Shown here: positions 30,471 to 44,000 of the stretch, piece after piece
Numbering within the stretch: the stretch's first letter is position 1
How the letters are laid out: each line of letters opens with the position of its first letter
NCBI RefSeq assembly: GCF_009914755.1
Contig: NC_060928.1
Length of the DNA stretch: 64,000 nucleotides
Direction: 5' to 3' (one strand)
From: the human T2T-CHM13v2.0 reference genome, Homo sapiens
Notes under the pieces: model-generated
Told to the model about the DNA's origin: nothing
Databases searched by the model: none
The model's input: the letters and a program-made list of their open reading frames with translations, nothing else
Made by a program: the position numbers and the translations under genes

Positions 30471-31614
30471 CTGAAATTAAAAAGAAAAAGAAAAACAATT
30501 ACAAAATTGTATCCTAAGTGAATATTTTCACTACCAAAACTGAAACTAGTTCTGGAAATATTCACAAATATTTCTGAAGATAATATCCTAACTACTGACA
30601 GATTTCACTTGTGGCTTTAAAAAATCATATCACATCCTGCTAGTTTTACTTTATGCTATTTATCTAAAATCCTGATATTATAGTCTATTTAACTCCAAAA
30701 TGACCCTAGGGTTTTAGCATGCTCTAAAATTTAATTGGAAAAAGAGAAGGCAGAAGGAATACCACACCTAGTATTACTGTGATGAAGGGGTTACTTAAAG
30801 AAAGAGTCTTGCAGCATAGGCTGTGAGCCCAAACTATGAGCTATTCAAAGCGCAGACTGTGAGCTACATATTCAAACATGACAGAGTTACGTTTTAAAAA
30901 AACAAAGGCAGATACTTTAGTGTTAGAGCTCATCAAGTCTCTTAACTTCTCATTATTTCAATAACATTTTAAGTTAATTTAAAAAATAAACCTTTATCTT
31001 TTATTCTGCATAACTGAGCCTAAGGACATTTTAAAAGGATATCAGAGGTCTTTGGATCATGCATCCTAACTCTTCACACAGTCAATGGATTATGTGACCT
31101 CTGTCCAATCTAATTTATTTTGAATGTCATTTTCTTATTTAAGCTGATCAAAAATTTCAAAGCAGTATAACTGTAAATGCTTCTAGCTAAAGATCAATCA
31201 CCTGTGAATAAAAGTATGGATTTCATATCACCTTCTTAAAATCTCCAACTGGATTTTGTATCAGATGAGATTAAAGAAAATGTTCACACTGAGTTAAGAA
31301 ATCTTAAAAAGTAAATAAATAATGTGTAGTGTCATTGTCTCAGCTGTGTGGCACCAAGTATCACACAGGAAAGTGTGGAGCTAATACAACTCCCAGAGAA
31401 GGCCCAGGAACTGTCTCTCTTAGCCTCTCTCCAGGCTTGCAATTTCCTTAGGTACTTGTTCTCTAACTCACTGGGGATAGAACAGATGATTTCCAAGAAC
31501 TTTGCCTGAAAATGTAGTTGGCAGGTCAAACTAGGAAGGGGAGCCAAACCAAGTCACTGCAGATGTTACTCACCCCACTCCTGTACTCTCCAGTGGTGGA
31601 GAGAGAGAGAAAGA

Positions 31615-31828
31615 GAATAACATTTATTAATTCCTTACCAAGTGCCAGACACTTTGGGATATGCTATTATATTTATTTCTTATAACTGCCCTGAATTTTT
31701 CAGATGGAGAAACTGAGGCTCAGAGAAATAAGCTAAAGGTCACAACTTATATAAATTTATAGAAAAGCCAGAATTTAAACCCAAATCTGATTTTAAGGTT
31801 TATGCATTTTCTACCAGGTCACTCTGCC
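31615..31828 (-). mobile_element. MIR SINE
   Basis: 'cagatggagaaactgaggctcagagaa..aaggtcaca..agccagaatttaaaccca'. Confidence 0.8.
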
Positions 31829-32107
31829 TTTCGGCCTAGAAGTTTAAGCTGACATTTACATACAGACTTGTTCAGATCAACTATGGTACAAGAGCATTCT
31901 TCAAGTGCTTAACACTCTCAACTTGCCAACCACTCCAGGACTGCCACAGCATGAATCTTTGCTTCCAGAAGCATACCTAGGACCAGTAGGCATTCCTACC
32001 TGCAACTGATACGTATACAGAAGCCAGTTCAGCAAAGCTTCTTGAGGGTAATAGCTCTAAAATCAGCACTAAACGTAGAGAAGATTTCTATGGAGACACT
32101 ATGAAGG

Positions 32108-32322
<215 letters not shown>

Positions 32323-32395
32323 CTACAAAGGTTTTCTCCCAAGAACCACTTATATGTAACTATGGATCTTTCCAGATCCATGTACTGGGTGAAAT

Positions 32396-33998
32396 TGAGA
32401 GGTGACAACGTGCTAGCAGCCCTTGCTCACTCTCAGCACTTCCTCGGCCTTGGCGTTCGCTCTGGCTACGCTTGAGGAGCCCTTCAGCCCGCCACTGCAC
32501 TGTGGGAGCCCCTGTCTGGGCTGGCCAAGGCCGGAGCTGGCTCCCTCTGCTTGCGGGGAGGTGTGGAGGGAGAGGCGCGGGCAGGAACTTGGGCTGCGTG
32601 CAGCGCTCGTGGGCCAGCGCGAGTTCCAGGTGGGCGCGGGCTTGGCGGGCCCACACTTGGAGCGGCCGGCCAGCCGGCGGTGCCAGCCCTGGGCAGTAAG
32701 GGGCTTAGCACCTGGGCCAGCAGCTGCAGAGGGGGCGCCAGGTCCCCCGGCACTGCTGGCCCGCCCGCACCACGCTTGAATTCTCACCGGGCCTCAGCCG
32801 CCTCTCCGCCGGGCAGGGCTCAGGACCTGCAGCCTGCCATGCCTGAGCCCCTCTGCAGTGGGCTCCCATGTGGCCCCAGCCTCCCTGACGGGTGCCGCCC
32901 CCTGCTCCGCAGCACCCAGTCCCATCGACAGCCCAAGGGCTGAGGAGTGCAGGCGCGTGGCATGGAAATGGAGGGCAGCTCCGCCAGCAGCCCTGGTGCG
33001 ATCCACTAGGCGAAGCCAGCTGGGCTCCTGAGTCAGGTGGGAACTTGGAGAACTTTTATGTCTATGCAGAGGATTGTATATGCACCAATCAGCACTCTGT
33101 GTCTAGCTCAGGGTTCGTGGATGCACCAATCAGCACTCTGTATCTAGCTAATCTGGTAGGGACTTGAACTTTTACGTCTAGCTAAAGGATTGTAAATGCA
33201 CCAATCAGCACTCTGTGTCTAGCTCAAAGTTTGTAAACGCACCAATCAGTGCTCTGTGTCTAGCTCAAAGTTTGTAAACGCACCAATCAGTGCTCTGTGT
33301 CTAGCTCAAGGTTTGTAAATGCACCAATCAGTGCTCTGTGTCTAGCTAATCTAGTGGGGACTTGGAGAACTTTTACATCTAGCTAGAGGATTGTAAATAC
33401 ACCAATCAGCACTCTGTTTCTAGCTCAGGGATTGTAAACGCACCAATCAGCACCCTGTCAAAAATGGACCAGTCAGCTCTCTGTAAAATGGGCCAATCAG
33501 CAGGATGTGGGTGGGGCCAGATAAGAGAATAAAAGCAGGCTGCCTGAGCCAGCAGCAGCAACTTGCTCGAGTCCCCTTCCACACTGTGTAGGCTTTGTTC
33601 TTTCACTCTTTGCAATAAATCTTGCTGCTGCTCACTCTTTGGGTCCACACTGCCTTTATGAGCTGTAACACTCACCACGAAGGTCTGCAGCTTCACTCCT
33701 GAGGCCAGCGAGACCACAAACCCACCAGGAGGAATGAACAACTCTGAACGGAAGGAATGAACAACTCCAGACGCGCCACCTTAAGAGCTGTTAACACTCA
33801 CCGGGAAGGTCTGCAGCTTCACTCCCGAAGCCAGCGAGACCACGAACCCAACCGAAGGAAGAAACTCTAAGCACGTCCGAACATCAGAAGGAACAAACTC
33901 CGGACACACCATCTTTAAGAACTGTAACACTCACCATGAGAATCCGTGGCTTCATTCTTGAAGTCAGTGAGACCAAGAGCCCACCAATTTCAGACACA
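32396..33998 (+). mobile_element. LTR12 (LTR12D/E-like, ERV9) solo LTR
   Basis: Starts TGAGAGGTGACAACGTGCTAGC, ends CCAATTTCAGACACA; array of 'gcaccaatcag..ctctgtgtctagct' repeats 33080-33460; TSD AAAT at 32392-32395 and 33999-34002. Confidence 0.95.
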
Positions 33999-34119
33999 AA
34001 ATTACAAACATGTGGTCACTCTTGTGCACTCCTCCCCCACCCCACCAACCCCCCTCAGCTTTAAGCTTTTGGTCTTTCTGATGTTTTGAACTACTGCAAA
34101 CTCAGAAATGTGAACATGT

Positions 34120-34412
34120 GGCTGGGTGTGGTGGCTCATGCCTGTAATTCCAGCACTTTGGGAGGCCGAGGTGGGCGGTTCACTTGAGGTCAGGGGTTTG
34201 AGACTAGCCTGGCAAATATGGTGAAACCCCGTCTCTACTAAAAATACAAAAATTAGCTGGGCGTGGTGGCACGCACCTGTAATTCCACCTACTTGGGAGG
34301 CTGAGGTGAGAGAATCACTTGAGTCCGGGGGGCAGAGGTTGCAGTGAGCTGAGACTGTGCCACTGTACTCTAGCCTCAGTTATAGAGTGACACTCTGTCT
34401 CAAAAAAAAAAA
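34120..34412 (+). mobile_element. AluSx/Sz-like
   Basis: Full Alu; diverged TSD aa(a/g)tgt(g/a)aacatg. Confidence 0.95.
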
Positions 34413-35977
34413 GTGTAAACATGAATATTTTATAGAATCCCAGAATATATTGCATCTCTTATATGTGTTATGTGAAAGTTAAAATGCAGGATTCTCTAAA
34501 ATCAGGAAGAACTTCTTCAAATGAAAAATTTGTTTAGTATAGTTGTGATATTTTCAGACTCCTCTGGTGGTTCTACAAGTGACAGACTTTTCCTGTCCAT
34601 CTTTAATACGTCGCATTCCTGCCATTATACTGACCAAATGATATGGCACAATGTGTGCATACACTTATATGTTATTATATAAAATATATATTGCATTATG
34701 GATTTTATGTTAGTGATAGAACAAACAGCCATAAATGACTGTTTACTACTAAAAACTGACATCTATATAGGCATTGAAGAATTTATAGCACTAAAGAACT
34801 CAGATTACTCTAACATGTAATATGAATTTCAGGGATGTATGGTGTGTGTGTTGGGGGAGGGAACATGAAAAGGAGGGAAAAGAGGAAGTGGTTGATAGAG
34901 ACGCTTCCCAGAGAAACAAAGCATACAATGTAACAAATTCGGAAACTCTTATCTAAAACTTGGAATACACAACACAGTCCTTACCACTCTTCTATGAGAT
35001 TCCAGGACTGCCTATACCACGTCCTCTCACTCACTAGGATGTAACAATCGACACCTAAAATATCTGCAAAAAGACAGTCCGGCAGCGCCGAGTCTTGCAG
35101 TCGTCCTAATAGAGCCATCTGGCCAAACCAGGGCCATGACCAGAGGAGAGGTTTCTGGTGATATGGTAATGGTATCTGCTCTGAGCAGGAGCCATGGAAT
35201 AGAGGGAGAGCAGGAGAGTGTCTCAGAAACTTCCTAGAGACTGAGAGCGTGTGGTGATAGAGACTTTGTCCCAGACTAATCAAAAAGAAACACCTCAGCA
35301 TTTCCTTAAGTTGCTTCTGAGTAGCTTGATTAATACAAATATTTTCATTCGTTACTGAGTAGTATTGTTCTAGTCTATTGTAATTTAAAGGTAGTGACCA
35401 CTATTAATAATTAACTGTGAAGGTTAACTTTTTCTAAAGGACAACCTGAATGAGTAGTTGTAAATTATGATTAAGGGTCACAAAACACACCGTAAGTTGC
35501 CTTTTTAAAAATGGAATTCCTGAAAAGATCATTTTTCCCAAGCAAATCACCAAAATGCTTCATAAATAAAAACCTGAATCTAGTAAACGTAAAAGCCATG
35601 CCAAGTGAAACAGTTAAGTCACAAACATACTGAAGTCAGGAAAATACATGAGAAAGTGGAGAATACTGAGTGCTCTGGGTCACTGACTCACTGTACGTCA
35701 ACAGCTAAATGCAATGCTCAGGGCAACTTAGGTACCAGCAGGAAGAAGAAGAAACAGCAGGAGAAGCTGATCTTAAAAACTGGTAATCAGAACAGCAAAA
35801 TGGAAAACAATCAGCCAGTAGCTGATGTTTTACAGGAAAGTATTCACAGGAGGTTGAAAGTTTGGCAATGCAAGTAAGCCACAATGGAACATGATAAATG
35901 AGATGACCTATCACAGGAGTATACATTACTTTAGGCAACTAAAGAGCAATATTAACTATTCTTTGTTGGACTGTTGT

Positions 35978-37565
35978 TGATGGCAGCAGTGGCCCATCTG
36001 GAGTGGCTGCTGTGAAGATGCTGGCTGCAGCAGAGGAGGTGCAGCCAGGGCTGTATGCTCCATGAAGCCAGCAGGGACAGGAAGAGGCAGGATCCCTGCC
36101 CCCTACTGAGTTGGTGGGGTGGGTGCCCCGCACTTCTGGGGGCAGCTGCAGCTGCCCAGTCATGGCTCCAGACCCAGGCATTCCCTGCATTTAGGGAACC
36201 TGGGAAGCCCCTCCTGCCCCTGCAGACTTAGAAGTGCCTGCTCCCACTCTCCGGCCTCTCCCTACTCCTAGTGTCTGCTCCAGGGTGGAGCAAAGTTGTG
36301 GCCGAGCCCAGACACTCACAACCAAGCTGGGTGTGTGCATGATCAGGGTAGTGCTGATACAGCAGCCCCCCGCTGCCTCAGCCCCCTCCAGACTTTAAGT
36401 GCCAATGAGCAAAGAATGGAGGCCAGTGGGGCTGAGGGCAGCGCAGTGCAGGCCTGCAGGTGCCTCTTGGCATGAACAGCCAAGGTGCCATGGAAGACAT
36501 GTTGATGACAGCAGGAGGCAGACAGATTCCTAGGCGGAAAGGGGCGGGTCCCTGGTGAAACCCCTCCTTCAAGCCAGGAAAGGCCTGAAGCCTGGGGACC
36601 AGACTGCCAGTTCCAGGTCCAGGCCAACCCATGGCTGCCCATGGATCAATCAGCACACACTTTCTTCCTTCTGAAGCCCATAAAAACCCCAGACTCAAAC
36701 AGACTCACACAGACATGGGGACTACCACCTGCAGAAAGGAGCTACCACTCTGGGTCTTCTATTTGTGGAGAGCTGGACATTCGTCAGGATGACCTGCCTG
36801 CAGAAAGGAGCTACTGCTCTGGGTCTCCTATCTGCTGAGAGTTGGACACTTGTCAGGATGACCTGCCTGCAGAAAGGAGCTACCACTCTGGGTCTCCTGA
36901 GAGCTGTTCTGTTGCTTAATAAGGCTCCTCTCCATCCTGCTCATCCTCCAGTTGTCCATGTACCTCATTCTTCCTGAATGTGGGACAAGAACTTGAGACC
37001 CAACAAATGGCAAGACTGAAAGAGCTGTAACACAGAGCTTAAACCCCTGCCCCTCATTCGCCATGTTGCGAGCACCAGAAAAAAAGAAGAGCTGTGGCCC
37101 TTCAGGGAGCCCAGACCTAGGGACTCCCTGAGCCAGGGCTGTGACTCCCTCTTCGGGGCTCTGTGATTTCTGGTGTCTCCAAGTTTCTGGGCACCACCAC
37201 ATTCCCCTTGTCCAGACATGGGTGCCCACAGCAGAAGCCACTTGCAGTGCATCTTATCCAGCCACAGGTTTGCACAGAGCCGGCATCTGTGACAGTACCT
37301 GGAGCTGCCTGCCCCACTGCAGCAGTCAGTGTACCTGGCTGTGTGCAATGGCTGGACCCTGGGCTCACTCACACACCCCTCATCATTTGGCGTCTGGCTC
37401 ACCCTTGGCATGTGTGGGACCCAGGCTGGTAGCATGAGCTGAGCACAGCCTGCCAGGCTGAGTGGGCAGAATGAGCCCAGCAGGTCTGAACAAAACTCAA
37501 GCAAAGGTGCCACTGGCCACAAAGGTTTCCAGCTGGAAAAGTGACACCCAAAGGATCCTGTGACA
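35978..37565 (+). mobile_element. MER52-like (ERV1) solo LTR
   Basis: Starts TGATGGCAGCAGTGGCCC, ends GGATCCTGTGACA; TSD TTGT at 35974-35977 and 37566-37569; internal ~69-bp repeats 'cctgcagaaaggagctaccactctgggtct' x3. Confidence 0.85.
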
Positions 37566-38322
37566 TTGTCACAATTATGGTTGCCAGTAAGTGCTAACAC
37601 AATTCTCTGAATTGACAAACTCATTTGGATCTCTGACTGAGGAAATTAGTTTCACTACATGATACTTTTTTTATGGATGGTAAATCTGTGTCTTTCCTTT
37701 TCAGATGAGACAAATGCTGCTTTCCCATTTAACACACTCACAGATAGGCACAGAAAAGTTGTAGTTTTAAAGTATAATATTATTTTGAAATATTGATTAG
37801 GATAACAGATTCACGTACATCCTTACTGTGACCAATTTTAAATAAAAAACTTCCATCTACAAAAACTTGAGGAAATATTAACATTGTTCATGCAACTCTA
37901 AAAGGTACTACCTCTGTTTCAAGATAATTAGAAAGAAATTGCCTCAATAACTCAGAAACTCATCATTAAGAAACCCAAGCTTGACTACTACTTTTATTTT
38001 AGTATACTCATATTCAGATGTTTTTATTCTCTTGAATTGTTGGATTCCTTGCCATCTAAAACAATCATTTGAAATGATTACTATAATTTCATTATCTTTA
38101 AAATTCTCAAGTTCACACACTGAGATGTCAAGCTTATTTTTTTTTTTCAGGTGAAAAGAAAAGCACCTATAAAATAACACCTGTAGTAAGCATCCAGATA
38201 AAGCTTTAGAACCACCTCAAAAAACTCTGAGCAGCTGCAGGATTGTTCTGGTGGCAGGAGGTCTTGAGGGCCAATAGGAGTCCTGTCATGGAACCCTCTC
38301 CTGGCCCCTGATCCCATCCTCT

Positions 38323-38661
<339 letters not shown>

Positions 38662-39021
38662 TGACCTAGAGTCTGTGCCAGTTAGTGGAACAGATGTATT
38701 CTACACTTGCAGCACCAGGGAGTAGGGATCTTGCCCATCCTCAACTCTGTGAATGTTTGCATTTTCTTCTCCAATATCTCAGACCCCAAGCTATAAGGTG
38801 CATCTGAAACAATTGCTGAACTGCTGAAAGGCGAGACTCTTTTGACTAGCCCAAAGAGGGTAGACAATAATATTTTTAAAGAACCAGTAGAATGGTTACT
38901 ATTCTTCATTACAGTGGTATATTTTCAAAATGTAGGTTCTCAATCTAATATTCCAGAAAGTATTCTCTTGGCTTCTGTTCACTGCAGAATAAATGCATCA
39001 ATGTTGAAAAGGAAGTCTTAC

Positions 39022-39437
39022 TGTATTAGTTCATTTTCACACTGCTATAAAGACATACCCAAGTGTGATGGTTAATAGGGAGTGTCAACTTGATTGGATT
39101 GAGGGATACAAAGTATTTATCCTGGCTGTGTCTGTGTGGGTGTTGCCAAAAGAGAATAACATTTGAGTCAGTGGGCTGGGGAAGGCAGATCCACCCTTAA
39201 TCTGGTGGGCACAATCTAATTAGCTTCCAGTGAACAAAAAGCAGGCAGAAAAACATGAAAAAGAGAGACCGGCCTAGCCTCCTGCACTGGATGCTTCCTG
39301 CCCTCAAATATCAGACTCCAAGTTCTTCAGTTTGGAGACTGAGACTGGCTCTCCTTGCTCCTCAGCTTGCAGACAGTGTGACCTTGTGATCATGTAAGTT
39401 AATACTTAACAAACTCTCATATACATGTGTGTATACA

Positions 39438-39510
<73 letters not shown>

Positions 39511-39873
39511 GTGTATCCTATTAGTTCTGTCCCAGACCCCAACATACCAAGACTGGGTAATTTATAAAGAAAAAAAGTTTAATCAGCTCACAGTTCCACA
39601 TAGCTGGGGAGGCCTCAGGAAACTTACAATCATGGTAGAAGGGGAAGCAGGCACGTCTTACATGGTGGCAGCCGAGAGAGTGAGCAAGAGCAGGGAAAAC
39701 CGCCTTATAAAACCATTGGGTCTCAACTCATTCACTATCTTGAGAACAGCACTAGGGAAACTGCCCCCATAATGCAGTTACCTCTCACCTGGTCCCTCCC
39801 TTGACACGTGGGGATTATGGGGATTACAACTGGAGATGAGACTTGGGTGGGGATACAGAGCCAAACCATATAA
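39022..39873 (-). mobile_element. THE1 (THE1D-like) MaLR LTR split by MLT2A insertion
   Basis: 'tgtattagttcattttcacactgctataaagacatacccaag' resumes as 'actgggtaatttataaagaaaa' after 39551; ends 'gagccaaaccatataa'. Confidence 0.88.
39064..39546 (+). mobile_element. MLT2A (HERV-L) solo LTR with internal (CA)n(TA)n
   Basis: Starts TGTGATGGTTAAT..TGTCAACTTGATTGGATTGA; 5-bp TSD CCAAG at 39059-39063 and 39547-39551. Confidence 0.9.
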
Positions 39874-41001
39874 TGCACACTCAATGGAATTTTATTCAGA
39901 TAATAAAGATAAAACTGAGGCAGTCAAAGGCCAGAGGAGGCTATGTATACACCTACCAATATAAAAGAGAAGCACGAAAGTTCCATATTGACGAAAAATT
40001 ACTTTCTAGTTTGATTTGGTCTCCATATCCAATTAACTTGAAAATATTATATCAAATTACTTCGTAAATTATGCTCTGTAAGTACTGCATGGAGGTTTAA
40101 AATAGGTTATATATCTGATTCCAACACTTCATTTCATTCAAATTTAGATAAAGTATCAACTAATTTTTAAAACTAATTATATGCAAATGATATACTAGAG
40201 AAGCAATTGAAAACATAAAGCATTATGGATTATGTGTATTAATTTTAAAATGGCTTTGCAAAGACTGCATAATCTCCCAATGTCTATAAGCTGCTCTTGC
40301 CAAGAACTCTTATACACTTGACTGAGATAAACATTATTAATAATTTATATTACCTGTTGTGCTATCCTACAGGATAGATATTAATAATTCTGCACCTTAG
40401 CTACAGTCAACTAATATTACTTAGATAAGAATTTTTCAATTTAAGGTTTTCTTTTGGAAAACAATTAATTCTCAATGGTTTTAATGCTGAAAAGCAAAAG
40501 CCATATTCTACTCCAGAGGAAAATAAGTGGTTCATCTAAAACCTGGTGGATATTTCTTTTTTAAAAAATTTGAAAGAGACAGAGAGCAAGAATGAGCATG
40601 GAGATTATTATGGGGGGGGGGGTTCAACATAAAAAACAAGATTCAAAACTTGGAAGATTTCTTCCATGATATTTGCTTTTCATAAATATATAATTGTACT
40701 TAAAAATCTACTCATGTTTAAACAGGTTGACAAGTTGTCACATTAATTTTAAAATATTATATTTTCTAACACAATACCATATTTATTTTTTCTCTCTTAT
40801 AACTAACATGTTCATATGTGGAACATAAGTAAAAAATTTTATCACATGCATTTTTGCTATAAAAATTTCACATACAGAACACACAAAAAATAAAGACTCA
40901 TTCATTAATTTGCATTATTAAATTTTATTGGATACCTAATATTCCACTGAGGTTTATTCAGATTTTTACTATTATAAATAATGTTTATGTCTTTGTATAT
41001 A

Positions 41002-44000
41002 CAGATGGTCCTTAATTTATGATGGTTCAGCTTACAACTTTTTGACTTTCACAATGGTGCAAGAGCATTCCATAGAAGCTTTTGAATTTTGCTCTTTTCC
41101 CAGGTTAGGGATACATGGTGCAATACTCTCTCGATGTTGGGCAGCAGCCGCATGCCGCAGCTCCCAGTCAGCCACTCAGTCACATAGGTAAACAACCAAT
41201 ACTCTACTGTGTACTGTGTTGTTGGCATTTTTTGGATATGGTGTTTTGTATTTTTATGTCATATCATGTCTGCGGAATGCTCATCTGTGTCTCCTGTTTC
41301 TGGTGAGAAGAAGAGGAAGGCAATTACTCTTGAGATGAAACTCAAGATAACTGCCCAGTATGAAGGCACAAGCCAGTAATGGCCATTGCAAGAGAGTTAG
41401 AACTTTCACTGTTGCGGGAAGTCAGGGACCCCAAACAGAGGGACTGGCTGGAGCAGCGGCAGAGGAACATAAATTGTGAAGATTTCATGGACATTTATCA
41501 CTTCCCTAATAATACTCTAATAATTTCTTATGCCTGTCTTACTTTAATCTCTTAATCCTGTTATCTCTGTAAGCTGAGGATGTACGTCACCTCAGGATCC
41601 TGTGATGACTGCATTAACCGTACAAATTGATTGTAAAACATGTGTTTGAACAATATGAAATCAGTGCACCTTGAAAATGAACAGAATAATAGTAATTTTA
41701 AGGAATAAGGGAAGACAACCATAAGGTCTGACTGCCTGTGGGGTCGGGCAAAAAGAGCCATATTTTTCTTCTTGCAGAGAGCCTATAAATGGATGTGCAA
41801 GTAGAAGAGATATCACCAAATTCTTTTCCTAGCAAGGAATATAATATTAAGACCCTAGGAAAAGAATTGCATTCCTGGGGGCAGGTCTATAAACCACCGC
41901 TCTGGGAGTGTCTGTCCTATGCGGTTGAGATAAGGACTGAGATACACCCTGGTCTCCTGCAGTACCCTCAGGCTTACTAGGATTGGGAAACCCCAGCCCT
42001 GGTAAATTTGAGGTGAGACCGGTTCTCTGCTCTCGAACCCTGTTTTCTGTTTATCAAGACAATACGTGCACTGCTGAACATAGACCCTTATCAGGAGTTT
42101 CTGATTTTGCCCTGGTCCTGTTTCCTCAGAAACATGTGATCTTCACTCTGCCTTTTGCCCCTTGAAGCATGTGATCTTTGTGACCTACTCCCTGTTCGTA
42201 CACCCCCTCCCCTTTTGAAATCCCTAATAAAAACTTGCTGGTTTTACAGCTCAGGTGGGCATCACGGACCTGCCGATATGTGATGTTGCCCCTGGCGGCC
42301 CAGCTGTAAAATTCCTCTCTTTGTGCTCTTTCTCTTTATTTCTCAGACTGGCTGACACTTAGGGAAAATAGAAAGAACCTACACTGAAATATTGGGGGCG
42401 GGTTCCCCCGATATTTCACGATCCATGATATCAACCATCTTAAAGGATAAGATGTGAATCAGTGAGGCAGTGGAATCATCAGCATTGGTTAAATCCATTA
42501 TCATCACAAAGAGAAGAGGTGGGCTGCTTGATAACATGGAAAAATTACTTGTCATGTGGATGGAAAACCAGATACAGAGATGCATACCGCTTAGCCTACT
42601 GATGACTTAGGCTAGGGTAAGAAGTGTGTTCTATAAGTTCAAAGAGTACACCAATGATCCTACATATATACAAATGTTTATAGCAAGACATGGCCAGTTC
42701 CAACACTTGAAAATGCATCATAATTTTCATAATATGAAGGTCTGTGGTGAGGCAGCAAGTCCTGATATTGAAGGTAACAAAGCTTTTGGGAAGAGCCACA
42801 TAGGGTAAGTGTGGATGAGAAGTATTTACCAGCACAAATATTTAAAGTCAATGAAATGAGCTTATTCTGAAAGTATACACCAGAGCATACATACATTCAC
42901 CACGAGTCCAATGCCAGGGTCTACGGCATTCAAAGGCTGTGTAACACTGCTTTGGGGTGTTACAGGAAAGGCTTTAATTTAGGGTGGAAATGTTGCTTTG
43001 GGGTGGAAATGTTGCAGGATTCAAATTAAAGCCTTTCCTAATCAACCACTCAGAGAACCCAAGAGCATTCAAGAATGTGAGCACCATACACTTCCTGTTT
43101 ATATCACCATAACGAAAAAGCCTGGATATCAGCATTGTTTGAAGACTGGTTTTTGAACTGTTTTATTCCACAGCAAGAAAATATTGTGGGCAAAAACAAC
43201 ATTCCATTCAAGATTCTTCTAATCTTAGGCAATACTCCAGGGCTTCCACAGCATATCAGTGACATGCATCTTGATGTAAATGTTGTGAATCTGCTGCTGA
43301 ACACAAATGCTTTCATTCAACCAATGGACCAAGGCACAAGAGCTGTGTTCAAAGTATACTGATATGCCAGACATTTGTGCAGGCTGTTGGAGTGACTAAA
43401 TCTGGCTGCATTCTAAATTCTATCCAAAACATCACCACAACAAGGGAAGAAGTCACACAGCAATGCATGAACGGCATTTGGAAGAAAGTTTTGAAGACAT
43501 ATGTGAACACATCCAAAGGCTTTAACAAAGATTCTGCTGTTGATTAAATAGTAACAAGATACCAGTGCTTAGGAAATCACTAGAATTGGACATTGATAAA
43601 GAGAAAATTTATGAGCTTGTTGGCATTGAGGCTGAAGAACTTTCCAACGAGGAGCTAATTGAACTGGAGGAAGAAAGAAGTAAAGAAGTTGAGGCAGAGA
43701 AAGCAGAAGTTATGTCCAAGGCACCAAGAATGTTCACAGCAAAGAAACTGGCAGAAATATTTGCTACTACTATTAGCAATGGCTTTTGGAAATTACAGAA
43801 ATGGATGTCAATTACAAGAGATTCACAAGCGCTGATGGCAGATACAGGATGCTCTTGCTTGCAATAAAGAGAAATATATAATGAAAAGAAGAAACAAACC
43901 ATACAGTCAAAACTTGCTGTCTTCCAGAAGAACACTGTGCCTGCTAAACCATCAACAAGTGTAATGCCCTTCTACTCGCTATTCTCAAGCCTCTCAGAAG

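Noticed and set aside
32362-32381. 8-bp hairpin atggatct-ttcc-agatccat next to LTR12
   Set aside because: Too short to exceed chance expectation.
43135-43867. Domesticated TIGD-like transposase gene
   Set aside because: Many stops and frameshifts, catalytic-region changes and a MER11 insertion in the HTH region indicate a neutral fossil.
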